Shown here one piece after another: positions 59,539 through 64,000 of a DNA stretch of 64,000 nt. Location: assembly GCA_964016885.1 (NCBI GenBank), contig OZ024743.1, positions 201,314,001 through 201,378,000 on the forward strand, given 5' to 3'. Every line of letters starts with the position of its first letter. The first letter of the stretch is position 1. The position numbers were made by a program, and so were the translations under genes. The DNA is from Eledone cirrhosa. Lineage: Eukaryota. The notes under the pieces were generated by a model. It was not told where the DNA came from, made no database searches, and worked only from the letters and a program-made list of their open reading frames with translations.

Positions 59539-59885
59539 GGAGGCACATGGCTTAGTGGTTAGAGCATTGGCCTTGCAATCGAAAGGTTGTGAGTTCAATT
59601 CTCAGACCGGGTGATGTGTTGTTTCCTTGAGCAAGACACTTTATTTCACATTGCTCCAGTTTACTCAGCTGTAGAAATGAGATGAGAGGACTGGGGTCCC
59701 TATCATTCCACTGCAAAGTGGTCGTGGAGATGCAACGGCAAAAAAGCACCCAGCACTCACTGTAAATGAGGTTGGTGTTAGGAAGGGCATCCAGCTGTAG
59801 AAATCAAGCCAGAATCAGTTCCTGTCCCACCCTTGCAAGCAGGGAAAAAGCGGACGTAAAATGAAATGAATGATGAAATGAATGA
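59539..59885 (+). mobile_element. tRNA-derived CORE-type SINE (or two adjoined SINE parts) with ATGA-repeat tail
   Basis: Pol III A box TGGCTTAGTGG (59548-59558) and B box GTTCAATTC (59593-59601). CCTTGAGCAAGACACTT...CAGTTTACTCAGCTGTAGAAATG (~59625-59679) resembles the MIR/CORE domain. The 3' part TTAGGAAGGGCATCCAGCTGTAGAAA...GGACGTAAAATGA is shared with neighbouring elements. Confidence 0.85.
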
Positions 59886-60120
59886 AGTTTTCTTTACATG
59901 CAGTTAGGTTTTTATTGTAATTTACCAAATCACACACATAAGCATATACAAAAGAAATCATACTGAAGGTTTCTTTTGAATGAAACAGTTCTAGTCCTGT
60001 AGAAACCATTTCTATATTAAACTTGATGTTTACACTCTACTAATGTATTGAGTATTATACTAACTGTGATTACCCTCGATTGAACCTGGGACTCACATAT
60101 ATATATATATATATATATAT

Positions 60121-60351
60121 ATCATCATCATCATCGTTTAACGTCTATCTTCCATGCTAACATGGATTAAACGGGAATTGTCCCACTTGAGGCAAGATTG
60201 ATCGGCTGACCGTGTCTCACTCGTATAGGACTGTCTGGCAGTTTTTCTACGGCTGGATGCCCTTCCTAACACCAAGCACATTTACATTGTGGACTGGGAG
60301 CCTTTTTACCATCATCATCATCATCATTTTACGTCCACTTTTCCCTGCTTG
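60121..60351 (-). mobile_element. Second copy of the (GAT)n-tailed element plus an extra 3' tail fragment, beside (TA)n
   Basis: Colinear with 58158-58343. 60311-60351 (ATC repeats then ATTTTACGTCCACTTTTCCCTGCTTG) closely matches the reverse complement of the tail at ~59836-59864. Confidence 0.8.
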
Positions 60352-60444
60352 TATATATCAGATAGGGTGTGGTAAAACCAGATAGACCATAACCCACCAG
60401 AGTACTCAATACTTGGGGTAGTAGAGTGGGTAATATGAAAAGAT

Positions 60445-60584
60445 TATATATATATATGAAAAGATTCAGAACCCGACAGCTGAGCTCTAGCCATTTCGAC
60501 AGCTAGATCAGATCTGAACAGATCTAGCTGTTGAAACAGCCAAAGCTCAGTCCTCGGGGTCCTGAATCTTTCCATATATATATA
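60445..60584. repeat. Long imperfect inverted repeat (MITE-like hairpin) flanked by (TA)n
   Basis: Arm 60456-60509 pairs with arm 60521-60575 (10 substitutions, 1 indel) around an 11-nt loop. TA runs extend the stem. Confidence 0.9.
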
Positions 60585-60589
60585 CATAT

Positions 60590-60591
<2 letters not shown>

Positions 60592-60641
<50 letters not shown>

Positions 60642-60703
60642 AGAGGGGGGGGGGTAGAAGTGCAAAGAAATAAAGATGTAGTAAGATTGAGATACAGAGT
60701 TGA

Positions 60704-60734
<31 letters not shown>

Positions 60735-60808
60735 GAGAGGGGAGAGGGAGAGAGAGGGGGGTAGAAGTGCAAAGAAATAAAGATGTAGTAAGATTGAGAT
60801 ACAGAGTT

Positions 60809-60867
<59 letters not shown>

Positions 60868-60922
60868 GGGGGGGTAGAAGTGCAAAGAAATAAAGATGTA
60901 GTAAGATTGAGATACAGAGTTG

Positions 60923-60961
<39 letters not shown>

Positions 60962-61019
60962 AGGGGGGGGGGTAGAAGTGCAAAGAAATAAAGATGTAGT
61001 AAGATTGAGATACAGAGTT

Positions 61020-61082
<63 letters not shown>
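60592..61082. repeat. Minisatellite: four identical 50-bp cores separated by (GA)n/G-run spacers
   Basis: TAGAAGTGCAAAGAAATAAAGATGTAGTAAGATTGAGATACAGAGTTGAA at 60655, 60762, 60875 and 60973. Confidence 0.95.
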
Positions 61083-61084
<2 letters not shown>

Positions 61085-61508
61085 AATAGAAAGAAAGTTG
61101 GAAAGTCTGAACTGAACAACATCGATAGCTGTGGTCACAAAGATGTTCAACTTTTCAACAATGTTGACAACAACAAAAACAACAAATGAACCAAGATTTC
61201 TAAATTATTTCACCCCTTACTTTCCCCCTTCTACCTACCTCTCTATCACCTATCTCTACACATTATTGGACTTTTGGTGCCACCCTGCCATCTCTCCAAC
61301 ACTCCCTCTGCCATGGTCATGTCACCACAACACTAACACCACCGAGTTTTTACCATTCAAATAAATAATAAAAATAATAATAAAAAATATATATAAAAAG
61401 GAAAAAAATAAAAATAAAAATAAAAATACAAAGAATAAAGAAAGGTGCCAATGTAATATCAATGTGGTGAGGTGTGGTGTGAGGGCCAGGGAAACTATGC
61501 CTGAGTCG

Positions 61509-61522
61509 GTTGCCATGACAAC
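61509..61522. promoter_or_regulatory. RFX X-box-like motif
   Basis: GTTGCCATGACAAC is a 13/14 match to the palindromic X-box GTTGCCATGGCAAC, in a short unique island between simple repeats. Confidence 0.35.
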
Positions 61523-61547
61523 AGCACATGCTAAAGGGGGTGGTCGG

Positions 61548-61549
<2 letters not shown>

Positions 61550-61590
<41 letters not shown>

Positions 61591-61607
61591 CCCCCCCCCC
61601 CCCCCCC
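61550..61607. repeat. Poly-C tract (C38 T C19)
   Basis: Direct reading; homopolymer length may be unreliable. Confidence 0.9.
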
Positions 61608-61714
61608 ACCACCACCACACACACACCACACACACACACACACAAAACACACAAAAAAAACAAAGAAAGAAAATGTCTTTCAGGGTGGTGTTGGTAGTGG
61701 TGGTGGTGGTAACT

Positions 61715-62014
61715 AGAAGAAGAAGAAGAGAAGAAGAAGAAGAAGAAGAAGAAGAAGAACAACAACAACAACAACACAAGAAGAAGGAGAAAAGGAAGAA
61801 GAAGAAGAAGAAGAAGAGAAGAAGAAGAAGAAGAAGAAGAAGAAGAGGTGAAGAAGAAAAGGAAGAAGAAGAAGAAATAGAAGAAGCACAAGAACAACAA
61901 GAACACAAGAAGAAGAAGAAAAAGAAGAAGAAGAAGAAGAAGAAGAAGAAGAAGAAGAAGAAAGAAGAAGAAGAAGAAGAAGAAGAAGAAGAAGAAGATG
62001 AAGAAGAAGAAGAA
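61715..62014. repeat. (GAA)n compound microsatellite with (CAA)n inserts
   Basis: Direct reading. Confidence 0.95.
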
Positions 62015-62167
62015 TGCATGTTGTATAGTTTGGCTATCAATTGAGTTAAATGGCTAGGAAAAGAATACTTTTATCCTGGTATAGTGTTTTGCCAATCTGC
62101 TCTGCAATAGACGGCAAGATCTGTAAGATATTGCAGCTAAGCTCTTGCTTAATTTCTTCATTTCTAT

Positions 62168-62171
<4 letters not shown>

Positions 62172-62230
<59 letters not shown>

Positions 62231-62437
62231 GGCTCTCTTTTTTTTCTCTCTCTTTCTCTCCCCCTCTCTCTCTCTCATTTCCTTTTTTATTACTTTTTTC
62301 TTTCATTCATTGCTTTCATTCTTTCGTTCTTTCTTCTTTTTCTCTGTTTAGTCTTTTATTTCTTTGCCATTTTAATATTGTCATTATTAACACTATTCTT
62401 CTTCTTCTTCTTCTTGTTCTTCTTCTTCTTCTTATGA

Positions 62438-62470
<33 letters not shown>

Positions 62471-62506
62471 CTATTTCTATCACCATTATTATTATTTTTA
62501 TTATTA

Positions 62507-62556
<50 letters not shown>
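62172..62556. repeat. (CT)n, (CTT)n and (ATT)n microsatellite cluster
   Basis: (CT)n ~62172-62225, (CTT)n ~62398-62433, (ATT)n ~62437-62556. Confidence 0.93.
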
Positions 62557-62783
62557 TGTAATTCTTTTTTATGAATTTTATTTTATTCTGTTGTTTATTC
62601 GTTTATTTATTTCGCTCTTTGTCAAGAAATGATGTGTATAAAAGATAAAATGAAATCTTCGTTAATATAACTGAACTAACGAGCAAGAAGATTGAAATGG
62701 CTACCCACTCCTTTTCTCTCTTGTACTGTCTCACTATTTCACTCTGTCTCCCGCTCCCCATTTCCCTCTACTTCTCTCTCACT

Positions 62784-62785
<2 letters not shown>

Positions 62786-62881
<96 letters not shown>

Positions 62882-63030
62882 CTCAATCACCCATACGCTG
62901 GGTTTCTCACTTTTTTTTTCAATCCTCTCACATTCTTTTTTCTCTTCAGTCTCTCTCCCTCTCACTTATTGTCGTATTATCACTCTTCTTGTATTTCTCT
63001 CCAATTCGCCCCCCCCCCAGCTCCCCCTCT

Positions 63031-63062
<32 letters not shown>

Positions 63063-63350
63063 GTTCTCACTCTGATTGTATTTCTTTATCTCCCTCGCTT
63101 TCTACTTCTCTTACTCTCTATATATATGATTCACTTTCATTATCTCTCGCTAGTTCTCTCTCTCTATCTCTCTCTCTCTCTCTCTCCATGGTTCTCTTTC
63201 ATTATCTCCTTCTGGTTCTCCCCCTCTCTCTCTACCCATGTCTCCCACTCTCCCCTCTCTCCCTATCTCCCCCTCTCCTCCTCTTTCTCCACTCTTACTC
63301 TCTCTAATCTCCTCTCTCTCTCTCACCTTTCCCCATCTCTCTCCTAAATT
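62786..63350. repeat. (CT)n-(TA)n compound microsatellite followed by a CT-rich tract
   Basis: Direct reading. Confidence 0.92.
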
Positions 63351-63529
63351 TTCTGCACCAACCACACAACCCCAACCACAATGCCCTTCATTTAGTCTTC
63401 CTTTCTTCCACACCTTTACACAAGACAAGACTGCAGGCTGTTCCTATGTAGTCTCTTTACAAAGTATTCTATGGACGCTTTTTACAACTTGATAGCTCTT
63501 CTTAGTAGAAATTTCAACACCATATTGAA

Positions 63530-63622
63530 AAACAACAACAATAACATCACAAATAACCACAACAGCAGCATCATCACTATTAATGACAACAGCACCAACA
63601 GCAATAACAAAAATAGCAGCAA
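63530..63622. repeat. Short degenerate AAC/AGC/ACC triplet tract
   Basis: AACAACAACAATAACATC...GACAACAGCACCAACAGCAATAAC. Confidence 0.8.
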
Positions 63623-63625
63623 GAA

Positions 63626-63634
63626 ATATACATA

Positions 63635-63687
<53 letters not shown>

Positions 63688-63703
63688 ATACATATACATA
63701 TAC

Positions 63704-63735
<32 letters not shown>

Positions 63736-63761
63736 ACATACATATGCATATATACACACAC

Positions 63762-63793
<32 letters not shown>

Positions 63794-64000
63794 GAAGAGA
63801 GAAGTCAAAACTCTAATATTACTCTAATGTAGAAAGCTTTCTCTAAAATCATATAAGACACACATGCATACAAACATGGAAATATATATGTGTGTGTGTG
63901 TTTGTGTGTGTGTATGTGTGTGTATATATATATATAACATCTCTCTCTCTCTATATATATATATATAAATATATATGTATGTATGAGTGTGTATGTATTT
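63626..64000. repeat. (TA)n/(TATACA)n/(TG)n microsatellites
   Basis: Direct reading. Confidence 0.92.

Noticed and set aside
59539-59612. tRNA gene
   Set aside because: A and B boxes are present, but there is no good acceptor stem and it continues into a CORE-like body, so it is a SINE head.
60655-61022. CRISPR-like array of identical repeats
   Set aside because: Spacers are (GA)n microsatellites, the context is eukaryotic and there are no cas genes.
56261-63827. Short ORFs in the last 8 kb (poly-CV, SL, ER, YI, P, E/K)
   Set aside because: Translations of microsatellites and SINE remnants with no recognisable domain or exon structure.

Overview
Eukaryotic, repeat-dominated DNA with no recognisable conventional gene. 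SINE motifs and microsatellite load suggest an octopus/coleoid cephalopod (inference from recalled repeat motifs, not a database search). Positions 1-~56,037 are one giant strand-asymmetric triplet array with a strict grammar, (GGT)2-3 GCT (GTT)2-3, that runs off the left edge. It has nested duplications from about 0.2 kb up to ~7-kb subunits arranged as a 14.1-14.4 kb dimer. On the minus strand it reads as a mucin-like TTAPP(P) repeat that the ORF track misses because that strand has no start codons. However, 23 register breaks, an in-frame TAA and no visible N-terminus argue against an intact gene as assembled. The right end of the array is directly continuous with the (AAC)n tail of a SINE-like element whose neighbouring copy has only a short tail, suggesting a satellite grown out of a retroposon tail. 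The last 8 kb contain SINEs (one tRNA/CORE-type), a small element bounded by TG..CA direct repeats, a decayed Penelope-type hammerhead motif, a ~120-bp hairpin with strand-biased G.U pairs, a GA-spaced minisatellite, an RFX X-box-like site and many microsatellites. The long plus-strand ORFs are best explained by base composition.
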